Assembly: GCA_027031765.1 (NCBI GenBank)
Contig: JALVPN010000006.1
Location: 15,472-21,500, forward strand
Reading direction: 5' to 3'
Source of the DNA: Promethearchaeota archaeon
Lineage (GTDB): Archaea > Asgardarchaeota > Thorarchaeia > Thorarchaeales > Thorarchaeaceae
DNA length: 6,029 nt
Shown: piece by piece, positions 4,957-6,029 of the stretch
Position numbering within the stretch: position 1 is the first letter of the stretch
Layout of the letters: each line of letters opens with the position of its first letter
Translations under genes and position numbers: made by a program
Notes under the pieces: generated by a model
The model's database searches: none
Told to the model about the DNA's origin: nothing
Seen by the model: only the letters and a program-made list of their open reading frames with translations

Positions 4957-6029
4957 TAGACTGGAGAGGGAGGTGCAACCTGTCAGAATGGACTCTGTTA
5001 CAGTCACGAATCGCAAGAGGTTGCTGAGGATTTGGAGAGTACTCGCGGCCCTTGACCACATGCGCTGGAACGAGCAGTCCTACGTCCCGTTGATTAACTA
5101 CTGCTGCAATGGGCTTACGGACGACCAGAAGCTCCTCACGCATTACTTGTGCTACATAACAGACCGGATGACAAACACTAGGCCCGTCTGGGAGGTCGGT
5201 GGCTACGTTGTTTCTCACATTGTATGCCGGTATGCATCTCGCAAGGACAACGATGTATGGGTGGATGTGCTGGAGCCTCACGTCAAAAAGGGGGACAGCG
5301 GCAGCTCTGGGACTAAGGGAGGTGATCCTGCTAAGATTCGGCTTTGCGCCCCGCCACCGGGGAAAACAAACCCGCGACTGCGTCGATTGGGCAGAGAGGA
5401 GTCAAATGTGGAGTACTCATCGCGCTTCATGAAGGAAGACTTGCTGAGGATCTACCGGACGCTGCTATATCTGGACCAGCACCACGGACGAAGATTTGGC
5501 AACTTCCTGCGGAGCGTCCTAGAAGAAGCAGACTCAAAGCATGGGTCGACTGTAGCCCGCGGGATTGAAGGGATGGCGGTTCTCCTCAGTAAGCTGACCT
5601 ATGACGAGTTGCCCCTGAAGACTGGTGCAACCTTTGAAGAGCAGAAGGATGCAATCAAAGGGCAGATAGAAGCCCTTGACTTTGACTTCGATTACGAGCG
5701 ATTCAGAGTGCGCTTCAAGCGAAAACGCCTCTGGTGCTCCATCCGTGACTATCTCAAGTCAGCCGAGTTCAACGGCGTGTTCGTACGAGCACTTAGGTCA
5801 GCGGGCTACTCCGACTGGGAGAAGTGGCATAGGGACTCTAGAGAGCTGCAGGAGGGGCTTTGGGTTCTAGAGCTCCCAGGTGACATATGGAACAATTCGC
5901 CGGAGCTCAGGCACGGCTTGATGGAGCCCTGCCTGTCTGTCCACAGAAAGTCTTGGAAAATGCCCAGAATAGTGCGTGAGGCATACAGTTGTCTTGACAA
6001 CGGTAATGACGACATGCAAGGTCTATACC
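4949..6029 (+). CDS. Hypothetical protein (at least 360 codons, truncated by the right edge); tentatively an HhH-GPD/AGOG-like DNA glycosylase fold
   Basis: Manually translated; absent from the ORF track because there is no stop in the window. The frame is open from an in-frame TGA at 4922-4924 to the window end: MHPRLEREVQPVRMDSVTVTNRKRLLRIWRVLAALDHMRWNEQSYVPLINYCCNGLTDDQKLLTHYLCYITDRMTNTRPVWEVGGYVVSHIV...YSSRFMKEDLLRIYRTL...RFKRKRLWCSIRDYLKS...LWVLELPGDIWNNSPELRHGLM.... It has a good RBS and a globular, helix-rich composition. The coding call is firm. The fold call rests only on remembered motif resemblance (about 0.3 confidence). Confidence 0.85.
   Translation, partial: MHPRLEREVQPVRMDSVTVTNRKRLLRIWRVLAALDHMRWNEQSYVPLINYCCNGLTDDQKLLTHYLCYITDRMTNTRPVWEVGGYVVSHIVCRYASRKDNDVWVDVLEPHVKKGDSGSSGTKGGDPAKIRLCAPPPGKTNPRLRRLGREESNVEYSSRFMKEDLLRIYRTLLYLDQHHGRRFGNFLRSVLEEADSKHGSTVARGIEGMAVLLSKLTYDELPLKTGATFEEQKDAIKGQIEALDFDFDYERFRVRFKRKRLWCSIRDYLKSAEFNGVFVRALRSAGYSDWEKWHRDSRELQEGLWVLELPGDIWNNSPELRHGLMEPCLSVHRKSWKMPRIVREAYSCLDNGNDDMQGLY

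Noticed and set aside
4690-6015. ORF-track entries 4690-5061, 4719-4913, 4889-5281, 5199-5432, 5344-5568, 5676-5870 and 5806-6015
   Set aside because: They are antisense or alternative-frame overlaps of ago or the long open frame starting at 4949, which has the SD and the protein-like composition.
1-6029. CRISPR array, tRNA/rRNA, transposase, integrase or att site; Cas4 or APAZ/SIR2/TIR partner for the pAgo
   Set aside because: No regularly spaced direct repeats, RNA-gene consensus, terminal inverted repeats or corresponding protein motifs were found by eye. Partners could lie outside the window.

Overview
A prokaryotic, probably defence-island-like locus with four genes. Two of them run off the window edges and so are missing from the ORF track. 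The centre is a full-length (697 aa) long prokaryotic Argonaute (2678-4771, +) with an intact DEDD catalytic tetrad and a Y-K-Q-K 5'-phosphate pocket. Divergent from it, across about 0.7 kb of intergenic DNA, is a translationally coupled (ATGA overlap) pair: an Mre11/SbcD-type metallophosphoesterase (888-1940, -) and a Rad50/SbcC-like ATPase (<1-891, -). The ATPase's short coiled coil runs into a hydrophobic, probably transmembrane, segment with no zinc hook visible. Downstream of ago on the same strand is an unannotated ORF of at least 360 codons (4949->6029) with weak motif-level resemblance to HhH-GPD/AGOG-like DNA glycosylases. The most interesting hypothesis is an active pAgo working with a DNA end-processing nuclease/ATPase and a possible base-excision enzyme. 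Functional linkage is inference and needs a gene-neighbourhood conservation test. No RNA genes, CRISPR arrays or transposases were seen, and the host taxon cannot be determined from this window.
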